Source of the DNA: a virus
Lineage: Duplodnaviria; Caudoviricetes
Virus record (IMG/VR): IMGVR_UViG_2846893963_000001
Location: 8,675 to 72,674 of that record
Strand: one strand, 5' to 3'
Length of the DNA: 64,000 bases
A model generated the notes under the pieces. It was not told where the DNA came from, did not search any database, and worked only from the letters and a program-made list of their open reading frames with translations. This document shows positions 56,182 to 64,000 of the stretch, piece by piece (positions within the stretch are counted from its first letter, which is position 1; every line of letters begins with the position of its first letter). Position numbers and translations under genes: made by a program.

Positions 56182-56782
56182 GATTCAACAATCCGTTTAT
56201 TTCCGCGTTCAGATCATCAATCTTCCTGTTCCACTCCCGCGCCCATTCGTCCCAGGCTTCATAAAAACGCGGCCGCCCGGCCGCCTCCAGCCGGGAACCG
56301 ATAAAATCCCTCTGCTGCGCCATCAGCTCCGCCAGCGGCGCAACGCCCCGCGTCCGCATCTCGTGAAACACGTGAACCGGCACCAGACTTCCGGCCGCCT
56401 CCTGAAGCCTCTGCTCATGCAGGCCGGCCCGCTCCCAATTCGCGCGCGCTTCGCGCACGGCACGGGTGAACGACGCAATCAGCCCCACGTCACCGGACCG
56501 GGCGGCCGTTTCCAGTTGCTCTTCCATCCTCTTCAAAATCTGCCATGCGCTTTCCTTCGCCTCCCCGGCCCGCGCCAAATCGGACGCTCCGCCCATGGGC
56601 GCGCCCTCTCCGCCGCCTCCGGCCGCTTCCGCGGAGGACGGCGGAAACTGCGCCGCCAGAAAAGCCCTCCATGCCGGGGAATCCTTGGCCGCTTCTATCT
56701 GCGCCCAACGCAAAGACTTTCCATTCTTCTCCGCGAAAGCCTTCTTCAACGCGCCGTTTACTCTGTCTCTCTTCTGTTTCAT
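56174..56782 (-). CDS. Probable terminase small subunit
   Basis: Helical, overlaps the terL start; likely ATG at 56782. Confidence 0.6.
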   Translation of the reverse strand: MKQKRDRVNGALKKAFAEKNGKSLRWAQIEAAKDSPAWRAFLAAQFPPSSAEAAGGGGEGAPMGGASDLARAGEAKESAWQILKRMEEQLETAARSGDVGLIASFTRAVREARANWERAGLHEQRLQEAAGSLVPVHVFHEMRTRGVAPLAELMAQQRDFIGSRLEAAGRPRFYEAWDEWAREWNRKIDDLNAEINGLLNHV

Positions 56783-57506
56783 GACTTCGCTCCCTCTACT
56801 ATTAAGCGAAATTTTCAAAAACGAAAAAAGGCCCTCCAAATCAGCCGCTTTCCCCCGTCCGCCGCCCGGAAGACGAAAAAAACGCCTCCATCCGTCCGCT
56901 TTTGCGAAAAAACCGCAGGCCCATGCGAACAAAAACACAGCCATCCCCCTTCATGGTGCGCTAAAAAAATCCCTTCATGAACACTCCCGCTTTTCCCTGT
57001 GTCCGCCGAACTCCGCGATCAGGGCCCCTCAATTAAAAGATTCCTTGCCGCCATGCGGGCACCTGCCATCATGCGCCCGCATGGCGGCCCTGCCTTCCCC
57101 ATTCCGGCCTTGCCTGCGTGCCGTTCGCGCCCTTGCCCCGTGTTTTCTTTTCGGAATCTTTTTTATATATCATTCTTCTATCCATTATTATCCGGTAATA
57201 AGTACGCAAGTACGCTATAAGATACATATTCATCTTATCATCAAACGCTTATTCCCTGCGCCGTCATCCTGCGCCACGTTTCAAAAACGCGCCGTTATCT
57301 GCCCCCGCTCCGGCATGTTCCGCCTTGCGAAGCACTCTTCAAAACCCCACGCCCCCTTTCAATTCGCACAAAAGCGCGCCGTTCCCGGACAGGAACGACG
57401 CCTCCCAAATCCAAAATGAAAGTGTGAAAACGCCCTAAAAACGGACAAGGAGAAGAAGGCGGGAGAAAGGGAAGAACGGCACGCGGCAACGACGCGGAAG
57501 AACACG

Positions 57507-57537
57507 AAAAAAGGCGTCATGAACTGCTCATGACGCC
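57507..57537 (-). terminator. Terminator of tRNA-Glu
   Basis: GGCGTCATGA / TCATGACGCC stem plus A6. Confidence 0.8.
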
Positions 57538-57555
57538 GGAAAGAATAAAGAAAAC

Positions 57556-57631
57556 TGGCATCGCGTACGGGACTCGAACCCGTGTTGCCCGCGTGAAAGG
57601 CGGGAGTCCTGGACCGCTAGACGAACGCGAC
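57556..57631 (-). tRNA. tRNA-Glu(TTC) inside the prophage
   Basis: 76-nt cloverleaf, CCCGC-CT-TTC-AC-GCGGG anticodon arm, GGTTCGAGTCC T-arm, encoded CCA. Confidence 0.95.
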
Positions 57632-57731
57632 TTTTAGGGTTGCAGGGACTGCGCGAAGGAGTAAATACTACCGGAGGCCAAAAGGCAAGAATTATTTACG
57701 CAGAACGGCAAAAAACTTCTTTCCTCCCTCA

Positions 57732-58181
57732 TTATTCCTCATACTGATATACGGCCCAAGTATCGCCATCCCCTCTTTCCGTCCGCTCATAAACGCCTAT
57801 TTTCTTGACCGTAACTTTAATGATTTCCCCTGTGGCGAGCGGCTTCTTAAAGCCTACAAGCACAACCTTTTTCCCTCTCGTCTTAACTCTCACCTTTTTT
57901 AAGACCTCAATCTTTCCATTCCCTGCTTTCCGGCTTCTTTCTCCCAACTTCCCCATCTCTGAAGCCGGCCTCTCAATCCATTGCTTTTTCTCTTCGAATT
58001 TCACCTCATACATTAACACCCCCTTATTCAAATTCCGGTAAAATTCCAGATACTTCTTCTCTGATTTTGCTACCGCTCTTTCAGATTTAGGGAAAAGCAT
58101 AATCTCACCCTTTTCTCTGGCGGCATATCCGCTTAAGGAACAAAGAAGGCACAAAAACATGATAAAGGTAAAAGCACGCAT
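57732..58181 (-). CDS. Exported hypothetical protein
   Basis: Signal peptide MRAFTFIMFLCLLCSLSGYA; Lys-rich. Confidence 0.7.
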   Translation of the reverse strand: MRAFTFIMFLCLLCSLSGYAAREKGEIMLFPKSERAVAKSEKKYLEFYRNLNKGVLMYEVKFEEKKQWIERPASEMGKLGERSRKAGNGKIEVLKKVRVKTRGKKVVLVGFKKPLATGEIIKVTVKKIGVYERTERGDGDTWAVYQYEE

Positions 58182-58247
58182 AACGAATCAATGATAAGTT
58201 TTACAATAGCAGATTGTCAAATTTTTCCAGTATAAAAAAATAAATAA

Positions 58248-58718
58248 TCATTTGAAGGCAACGCCTTGTGCGTCCTTGTCGGTAGAGAAAATATCAATCA
58301 GCACCCAAACACCGACGCAAGCAGGAAGCAAAATAAAAACAGGAAAAACAACAGCAAGAGCCCAGCCAAGCAACGTTCCCGCAAGCTGCAAACTTCCCTG
58401 TTTGCTATATCCGGCGTAATAGTTATGGATGCCAAACCCTCCTAAGAATAAAGCAAGCAAAATATAAACAACCCTGGATAACTGCGCCTTGTTCTGCGGA
58501 ATCGGATGAGGGTACAGGGAAGCCACGGTAGCACTTAATCCATGATCTCTCAACGCTTCTTCCAACGTCACCCACTCCGGATTATTGATTTTTTCCGCAG
58601 GGCAAACCATAGTCATCATTTCAAGGCGGTTTTTAATTGCCAACTGCTGAAGAGTTCTCAACGCATAAGGGCCGGTGATCTCCCCCATTTCATCAACATA
58701 ATATTCTTGCGGCATCAT
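58248..58718 (-). CDS. GYF_2-like plus TM2/NINE-domain membrane protein
   Basis: YY......GPY....L..L; YILLALFLGGFGIHNYYAG TM2 motif; ATG at 58718. Confidence 0.8.
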   Translation of the reverse strand: MMPQEYYVDEMGEITGPYALRTLQQLAIKNRLEMMTMVCPAEKINNPEWVTLEEALRDHGLSATVASLYPHPIPQNKAQLSRVVYILLALFLGGFGIHNYYAGYSKQGSLQLAGTLLGWALAVVFPVFILLPACVGVWVLIDIFSTDKDAQGVAFK

Positions 58719-58799
58719 AGTTTTCACAGAAAAAAAAAAAAAATCGCTGCTAAAGTCAAGCAAAAAAGGAGGTGCGCCTCTCACCAAGCCACGGCTTTT

Positions 58800-59153
58800 T
58801 TATCCTCCCTTCCCGCCTAACCGGTGATAATCATTCAGGGCTACGGACACAGCAGTTAAGGCCTTAATCGCCCGCTCACACCATTCTCCGGGAGTTTCCC
58901 CCCTCAACGCCGCAGCCTGACGGATCATTTCCAGTTGTTCCGGCGTAAAATCCATACTGATCTCAACCTGCTTCGGTTGTTGCTCTTTCTCCATCAATTC
59001 CCGGAGCAACTTTTGCTTTTTTTCTGGAATCGGTTTTTTAGAAAACCAATTATCAACTGTTTTTTTGGAAACCCCCATCCGGGCGGCTAGCCAATCACGA
59101 TCCTCCCCTTTTTCCCTCAAGAAGGATTTTAGTTGGTCTCTGAAGTCGGTCAT
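58800..59153 (-). CDS. Prophage repressor-like protein: XRE HTH plus C-terminal RHH-like segment
   Basis: DWLAARMGVSKKTVDNW HTH; ISMDFTPEQLEMIRQAAALRGETPGEWCERAI; divergent from the early genes. Confidence 0.78.
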   Translation of the reverse strand: MTDFRDQLKSFLREKGEDRDWLAARMGVSKKTVDNWFSKKPIPEKKQKLLRELMEKEQQPKQVEISMDFTPEQLEMIRQAAALRGETPGEWCERAIKALTAVSVALNDYHRLGGKGG

Positions 59154-59162
59154 GTGCTCAAG

Positions 59163-59250
59163 TTCTCAAAAGATGAAAAAAAATCAAACCTAAATTTCTA
59201 CTTTCTCAAAAAGTGAGAAAATGATTGACGGATTATTCTCTTTTTGAGAA
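59163..59250. promoter_or_regulatory. Candidate operator cluster in the immunity switch
   Basis: TTCTCAAAAGATGAAAA (59163), palindrome TTCTCA-AAAAG-TGAGAA (59203-59219), TTCTC-TTTTT-GAGAA (59236-59250). Confidence 0.55.
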
Positions 59251-59259
59251 AAGAAAGCC

Positions 59260-59445
59260 ATGGCTACGACATCATTACAAACCAACCTCATCATCCGGCT
59301 GAAGGAAGAAGACTTCCAGGCATTGGAAGGCATTGCTGAACACATCCATATCCCGGTGAAAGACCTGGTCCACGGAATCATCTCATACGCCCTGGACCAA
59401 TATTCAAAATCAAAAACCACCACCCTCAACCGCCCCGCCGCCTGA
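59260..59445 (+). CDS. Ribbon-helix-helix (Arc/CopG-like) regulator in the Cro position
   Basis: NLIIRLKEEDFQALEGIA....IPVKDLVHGIISYAL. Confidence 0.65.
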   Translation: MATTSLQTNLIIRLKEEDFQALEGIAEHIHIPVKDLVHGIISYALDQYSKSKTTTLNRPAA

Positions 59446-59473
59446 CCTCAACCAAACCATTAAAGAAAAAAAC

Positions 59474-59791
59474 ATGAACACCATCACACACTCCATCAAA
59501 ACGCCAAGCCTTACGGAATTTGATTTAGCTCCCTATACCGGGAAAGCCATTCAATACATTTGCCTGGACGAACAGGATCTATCCAAACTCTCAAATCAAG
59601 GATTCATCCACACCACCCACTCCCCCATCATCAAACTTGAACAAACAACGCCGCTCCTGCTTTACGTAAGAATGTTTCATCAAACAAAAAAAACAGCGGC
59701 TACCGTCCATGCGATAGCCGCCACAAAAGACACTCTCTACTTAGGTATTATTGTTCCTCCTTCAACTCTTCAAGAGCCCCACAAGGGTTGA
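59474..59791 (+). CDS. Phage hypothetical protein
   Basis: ORF in the early operon. Confidence 0.6.
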   Translation: MNTITHSIKTPSLTEFDLAPYTGKAIQYICLDEQDLSKLSNQGFIHTTHSPIIKLEQTTPLLLYVRMFHQTKKTAATVHAIAATKDTLYLGIIVPPSTLQEPHKG

Positions 59792-59835
59792 ACTTGGAGT
59801 TATACACTCCCGCCACACCTAACAATAAACACACC

Positions 59836-60057
59836 ATGAATAAACAACGCCGCAAAGAGTTGGAAGACCTGCATGACAACCTCCAAAACCTCCTTGAAAA
59901 GCAGGAAACGATCATGGAGGAAGAAGAAGAGTATAAAGATAACCTCCCGGAAAACATGCTCAACCGCATAGAGCAATCAGAAAATGCCATTTACTCCATG
60001 CAGGAAGCCTGTGAATGCATAACAAGTGCCATAAACACTCTTGAAGAAATTGAGTAA
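59836..60057 (+). CDS. Acidic coiled-coil phage hypothetical protein
   Basis: MNKQRRKEL...EEE.Y.DNLPEN; ATG at 59836. Confidence 0.75.
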   Translation: MNKQRRKELEDLHDNLQNLLEKQETIMEEEEEYKDNLPENMLNRIEQSENAIYSMQEACECITSAINTLEEIE

Positions 60058-60061
60058 TCCC

Positions 60062-60463
60062 ATGAAAAAGACAAACCAATTTGACGACATCAAAGCAGGC
60101 GAACTTATTCGCTTCCTGAAAAATCCCATGCGAGGGAACAGCCCTAGAAATAACTGGTCATTCGGTATTGTGGCTTATCGCCTTAAAACCACTTTTTGTG
60201 TTTATCCCGTCGGAAGACCCTCATATTCAAAAGGCATCACTATCCGGTACGACGGAATGAACGGACCGGGGAAAGACGCCGTTCAAATCGCTTTCCGGTT
60301 GACGCCGGCAGAAATGAATCATCCCGACATTCAGGAGTATCTGCAAAAAACGGAAACCATTAAGCAACTGAACCAACAACTTTCTGAACTTCAGCAAAAT
60401 CTGGAAAACGGAACTTCCAGCCTTTTCAGCAACTACCCGCTTCCAGAAAACAACTACCTTTAA
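60062..60463 (+). CDS. Phage hypothetical protein, paralog of 62070-62453
   Basis: Shared W.FG.V, V.P.G.P, RYDG...G.KDA.QI.F.LTP.E motifs. Confidence 0.75.
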   Translation: MKKTNQFDDIKAGELIRFLKNPMRGNSPRNNWSFGIVAYRLKTTFCVYPVGRPSYSKGITIRYDGMNGPGKDAVQIAFRLTPAEMNHPDIQEYLQKTETIKQLNQQLSELQQNLENGTSSLFSNYPLPENNYL

Positions 60464-60470
60464 TCAAAAC

Positions 60471-62057
60471 ATGTCCGCTTCCTTTCCTACATATCAACCC
60501 CGGCTCTTATATATAGACCTGTTCTGCGGCGCGGGCGGCGTCACTACCGGAGTAAGCCGGGTGCCCGGCGTGCAGGTAGTGGCCTGCGTCAACCATGACG
60601 CAACGGCCATAGCGTCCCACGCGGCCAATCACCCTGACGCCCTCCATTACACGGAAGACATCAGAACCTTGGACATCTCGCCCATTGCCGCACGCGTTGC
60701 CATGCTCCGCCTGCGTTACCCCGATACTAAAGTAGTATTATGGGCATCCTGTGAATGTACTAATTTCAGCCGCGCGAAAGGCGGCAAGACGCGCGATCCG
60801 GACAGCCGCAGCCTTGCGGAGCACCTTTACCGTTACATTAAAGCCCTGCAACCGGACTATATCCAGATTGAAAACGTAACGGAATTCCTTGAATGGGGCC
60901 CCATGCTGGAAAAGGACGGAAAACTGGTGCCGGACAAGGCCCGCAAGGGAGAATCCTTTAAGTTATGGTTTTCCCATATTTTAGACATGGGATATTCCGG
61001 GGACTGGCGCATCTTTAACGCTGCGGATTTTGGTGCCTACACCTCCCGGAAACGCCTGTTTGTTCAGTTCGGACGCTACGGCCTTCCCCTGGCATGGCCG
61101 GTTCCCACCCATTCCCGCGAAAACTGGAAACCGTGCAGGGACGTTCTTGACCTTGATGACTTCGGCCAATCCATTTTCACGCGGAAAAAACCCCTCTGTG
61201 ATGCCACCTTGCGCCGCCTGACGGAAGGAATCAAAAAATTTGCCCGGCCTCAATTCATCTTCCGGTACATGTCAGGCCCCGGTCATGTGCATCCGCTGGA
61301 AGCTCCCTGCGTTACCGTCTGCACACAGAAAAACCTGTATCTTGCGGCCGGAAAATTCATGGATAACTATTACGGCCAGGGTTACGCCACTTCCATTCAT
61401 GCGCCCGTGGGAACCCTTTGCACCAAACAGCAGAAATATCCGGTCACGGCCATCTTCATGGCTTCCTACTATTCCGGAGGCGGCCAGATCTCCGCAACGG
61501 AAGCTCCATGCCCTGCTCTCACCACGGTTCCTAAACCGCGCGTTGTCCAATGCCAATTTCTGGATCAGCAATTCGGCAAAAGCAAACCGGCATCATTAAA
61601 CCGGCCCAGCCCGGCCATCATGACCAATTCGCATTACTCCGTCGCCACGGCATCCTTCATCCGCACCATGATGCGCCCCGGAGTTAAAGGGCTTGTGTAC
61701 CCGCTGGACAAGCCCATGAAAACCCTGCTCACAAGGGATTATTTTTACCTGGACACATGCCGTTACACCGGATGCCCCAATTACAGCCAGGACGCCCCAG
61801 GAGACACGGAAGCCATGCTGACCCTCAAACGGGCCATGCGGGAAAGGGGCATTGCGGATATTTGCATGCGCCCGCTCTCCATCCGTGAATGCCTCCGCGT
61901 CATGGGATTCCCTGAAGATTACAAACTTTGCGGCACGCAAACCCAGCAAAGGAAATTCATAGGGAACGCCGTAGAAGTCCACATGGCCTATGAAATGGCT
62001 CTGTCCCTGCACAATGCCCTGAAGAATCAATACACCCTCAACCAGAAAACCGCTTAA
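60471..62057 (+). CDS. DNA cytosine-C5 methyltransferase (orphan, phage type)
   Basis: IDLFCGAGG motif I, SCECTNFS catalytic Cys, ENV, RKRLF, GNAV; no cognate nuclease nearby. Confidence 0.9.
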   Translation: MSASFPTYQPRLLYIDLFCGAGGVTTGVSRVPGVQVVACVNHDATAIASHAANHPDALHYTEDIRTLDISPIAARVAMLRLRYPDTKVVLWASCECTNFSRAKGGKTRDPDSRSLAEHLYRYIKALQPDYIQIENVTEFLEWGPMLEKDGKLVPDKARKGESFKLWFSHILDMGYSGDWRIFNAADFGAYTSRKRLFVQFGRYGLPLAWPVPTHSRENWKPCRDVLDLDDFGQSIFTRKKPLCDATLRRLTEGIKKFARPQFIFRYMSGPGHVHPLEAPCVTVCTQKNLYLAAGKFMDNYYGQGYATSIHAPVGTLCTKQQKYPVTAIFMASYYSGGGQISATEAPCPALTTVPKPRVVQCQFLDQQFGKSKPASLNRPSPAIMTNSHYSVATASFIRTMMRPGVKGLVYPLDKPMKTLLTRDYFYLDTCRYTGCPNYSQDAPGDTEAMLTLKRAMRERGIADICMRPLSIRECLRVMGFPEDYKLCGTQTQQRKFIGNAVEVHMAYEMALSLHNALKNQYTLNQKTA

Positions 62058-62069
62058 TCAAATATCACT

Positions 62070-62453
62070 ATGAATAAACAAAAATTATTTAGCAATATTA
62101 CAGACGGAATAATCGTCCGTTTTTTTCTATTCGACAACTCATTAAAAGAATGTGGATTATGGACCTTTGGTGTTGTGCATCGCCGCCAGACACATCACTT
62201 TGTAGTTCGTCCTATAGGCTTTCCGTATCTCGCGGAAGAAAGATTCCGCTATGACGGCCGCGCGGACGGAAACAAAGACGCCCCCCAAATCGTTTTCTTT
62301 CTTACCCCGGAAGAAGAGCAAAGCCCTTTGATTCAGGAATACAAAAATATCGTTAAGGAACAATACAAATTAAAACAAAAGCAGTTGAACCTTTGGACGA
62401 AAATCAGGGATGCAGCAGTACTAACCGAAGAAGATTCAGAAATACCTTTTTGA
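62070..62453 (+). CDS. Phage hypothetical protein, paralog of 60062-60463
   Basis: Same motifs as 60062-60463. Confidence 0.75.
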   Translation: MNKQKLFSNITDGIIVRFFLFDNSLKECGLWTFGVVHRRQTHHFVVRPIGFPYLAEERFRYDGRADGNKDAPQIVFFLTPEEEQSPLIQEYKNIVKEQYKLKQKQLNLWTKIRDAAVLTEEDSEIPF

Positions 62454-62642
62454 ATGAAAGCTCCAGCCAAAAGAAGGAAATACGGCCTTAACGTATGGAA
62501 AGCCCACTTGAAAATTGACGCCATGCACATTGAAGCAATGTATGACGGCTCCATAGTCAAGGAGATATGCACCGGCTCCATCGGCAACAACTGGAAGGAA
62601 ATTAAAAGAAAAATACTCAACCGGAAAAGACGGGAAAAATGA
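62454..62642 (+). CDS. Small phage hypothetical protein
   Basis: Coupled ORF in the early operon. Confidence 0.55.
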   Translation: MKAPAKRRKYGLNVWKAHLKIDAMHIEAMYDGSIVKEICTGSIGNNWKEIKRKILNRKRREK

Positions 62643-62965
62643 AGTTGACGCCTGAACAGAAAGCGATCCTGGCCTATGGAGAAGCCCGCGGCATCCTGAA
62701 AGAGCGGAAAAGCCTCATGCGTTTCACGGAAGGCTCCGGGGAATGCAGCGATTACCACGGAGCCCCCCGGATAATGTACGGCGTTGAAGAAGCCATTAGG
62801 GACGCTTGGCAGAAGCGGGCGGCATGCAGGGCATGGGTGCCAATGGAAGACAGATATTGCAATAACTGTCTGCACTTCAAATTACCTGAATCAAATTCCC
62901 CCTGCGCGGAATGTTCTCAATGGGCTGATCCTGTCAACTGGGAACCGAGAAAGGAGGGGAAATGA
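62639..62965 (+). CDS. Phage hypothetical protein with CxxC...CxxC
   Basis: CNNCLH...PCAEC; ATGA overlaps at both ends. Confidence 0.7.
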   Translation: MKLTPEQKAILAYGEARGILKERKSLMRFTEGSGECSDYHGAPRIMYGVEEAIRDAWQKRAACRAWVPMEDRYCNNCLHFKLPESNSPCAECSQWADPVNWEPRKEGK

Positions 62966-63201
62966 TGAAACCGAAAACAAACATCTCCGCTAATAAGATA
63001 TATACTATATCCTTCCCCGAAGCACTCAACATTCAAGAGCACATTCTCAAATTGTCAACCATCCCAGCTCTTCCCTCCTTACCCGAAGGAAAAACGTGGC
63101 TGTGCATAGGCGGAAGCATTACCAAACACAACGGCCAACACACATCCCTCCTCACATTCTGCCAAGGACGCTGGAGCAAAGACTTTTTTGGATCATTATA
63201 A
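62962..63201 (+). CDS. Small phage hypothetical protein
   Basis: ATGA-coupled ORF. Confidence 0.5.
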   Translation: MMKPKTNISANKIYTISFPEALNIQEHILKLSTIPALPSLPEGKTWLCIGGSITKHNGQHTSLLTFCQGRWSKDFFGSL

Positions 63202-63356
63202 AAATGTTCGGTCAAATAGTTATAAAATACTCTCAAAAACGGCGCCATTAGATAAATTATTAAATATAAAAAAGTTATCATAAACTACACCCTTAAAAAA
63301 CGCCAAAACGGCGCCATCTTCAAAAAAACACTTAAAACATTATGAATTAAAAAATT

Positions 63357-63701
63357 ATGTATGTTTACAAAATAGAAACAAGTTACATTGAAGACAACTT
63401 CACCTCCTGCCAATGCTGCGGAAACTGCCAGCTATGGGCACCGGAACAGGAAATTGACTACAAAATCAATGCCGCCGATGCGGACATTACCGACACTACA
63501 GTAACGGCCACCCCCCTCAATTTAGGAGCCTGCATCATCAGCCGCCGCACCGGGAAGGACGGGGAAACCTGTTACTTGCAAACCCACCGGACTTCCGGAA
63601 CCTTTTGCCGCCACCACATCCCAACATCACCCTACGCCGAACACATCAAACGCCACGGCCTCCCCTCCACGGCCATCACCCCTTATATCATCCACCTCTA
63701 A
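63357..63701 (+). CDS. Cys-rich phage hypothetical protein
   Basis: CQCCGNCQLW...G.C...T....FC..H. Confidence 0.65.
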   Translation: MYVYKIETSYIEDNFTSCQCCGNCQLWAPEQEIDYKINAADADITDTTVTATPLNLGACIISRRTGKDGETCYLQTHRTSGTFCRHHIPTSPYAEHIKRHGLPSTAITPYIIHL

Positions 63702-63715
63702 CCACCCACACACCA

Positions 63716-64000
63716 ATGACCCAAAAAGAAAAAGAAGAACTCCGCAACTTGCCGAGCAACTCCCCGCGACTGCTTAACCAGACCCAGCTTGCCGCCGCGC
63801 TTGGAGTTACCATGGCTTTCACCTCCGCAATGAAAAAATGGGGCTGCCCGTTCCCAGGCGGCCGCATCCTGATTAAAGACGCCCTGGCATGGCTCAAAGC
63901 AAACCCGGAATTCCGCCCGTACAAAGAACGCAAAAGCCCTACCGGCCCTCACGGCATTCCGCAACGCAACCTTGACGCCTACAAAACATCACCTAATTGA
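63716..64000 (+). CDS. HTH DNA-binding protein, excisionase-like
   Basis: LLNQTQLAAALGVT...MKKWGCPF...ALAWL; ATG at 63716. Confidence 0.6.
   Translation: MTQKEKEELRNLPSNSPRLLNQTQLAAALGVTMAFTSAMKKWGCPFPGGRILIKDALAWLKANPEFRPYKERKSPTGPHGIPQRNLDAYKTSPN

Larger units (their letters stand above)
30956..64000. mobile_element. Prophage, siphovirus-like with lambda-type packaging; right end outside window
   Basis: Contiguous primase/ATPase, endolysin, tail, tape measure, capsid, Clp protease, portal, terminase, repressor and early genes starting at tRNA-Cys. Confidence 0.93.

Noticed and set aside
49181-56980. Long plus-strand ORFs over head and terminase genes (49181-50794, 51388-52239, 54928-55881)
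   Set aside because: Shadows of well-supported minus-strand phage genes.
30956-64000. Prophage-wide amber (TAG) recoding
   Set aside because: TAG serves as a normal stop for the portal (50584), the GT-like gene (38798) and the moron (45052). Late genes are uninterrupted and there is no CUA-anticodon tRNA.

Overview
High-GC bacterial chromosome segment. Gene content and style suggest Akkermansia/Verrucomicrobiota; this is inference, not a database result. There are three parts. (1) 1-15145 is the right end of an integrative island ending in a displaced tRNA-Leu 3' fragment next to a tyrosine integrase. It carries a PD-(D/E)XK nuclease (partial), a GT4 glycosyltransferase, a 1982-aa RHS toxin with a DUF2778/Tlde1-like tip and downstream candidate immunity gene, a TerY-like vWA plus kinase pair, and a type IV AbiE TA pair whose toxin is frameshifted. 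(2) 15.3-30.9 kb is mostly backbone (PfkB kinase, Nudix, kbl, two Ser/Thr kinases, ParA, lipoprotein). It is followed by a locus with a PA14-like/HExxH protein and three 719-bp-period cassettes, each a secreted paralog, two of them preceded by a deleted relic of the large gene, then tRNA-Cys. (3) From about 30956 to the window end is a probable siphovirus-type prophage at tRNA-Cys, with replication, lysis, tail, head, lambda-type terminase, tRNA-Glu, immunity and early modules. The integrase and attR probably lie beyond the window. The best new signals are: a shared PA14-like N-terminal domain linking the RHS toxin and the HExxH protein; the cassette array with an A6/A7 frame switch; an unannotated Fst/par-like type I toxin-antitoxin locus; a 24-bp motif repeated four times just before late genes; and an unannotated membrane moron in front of the tape measure gene. 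All family assignments come from motif recognition by eye.
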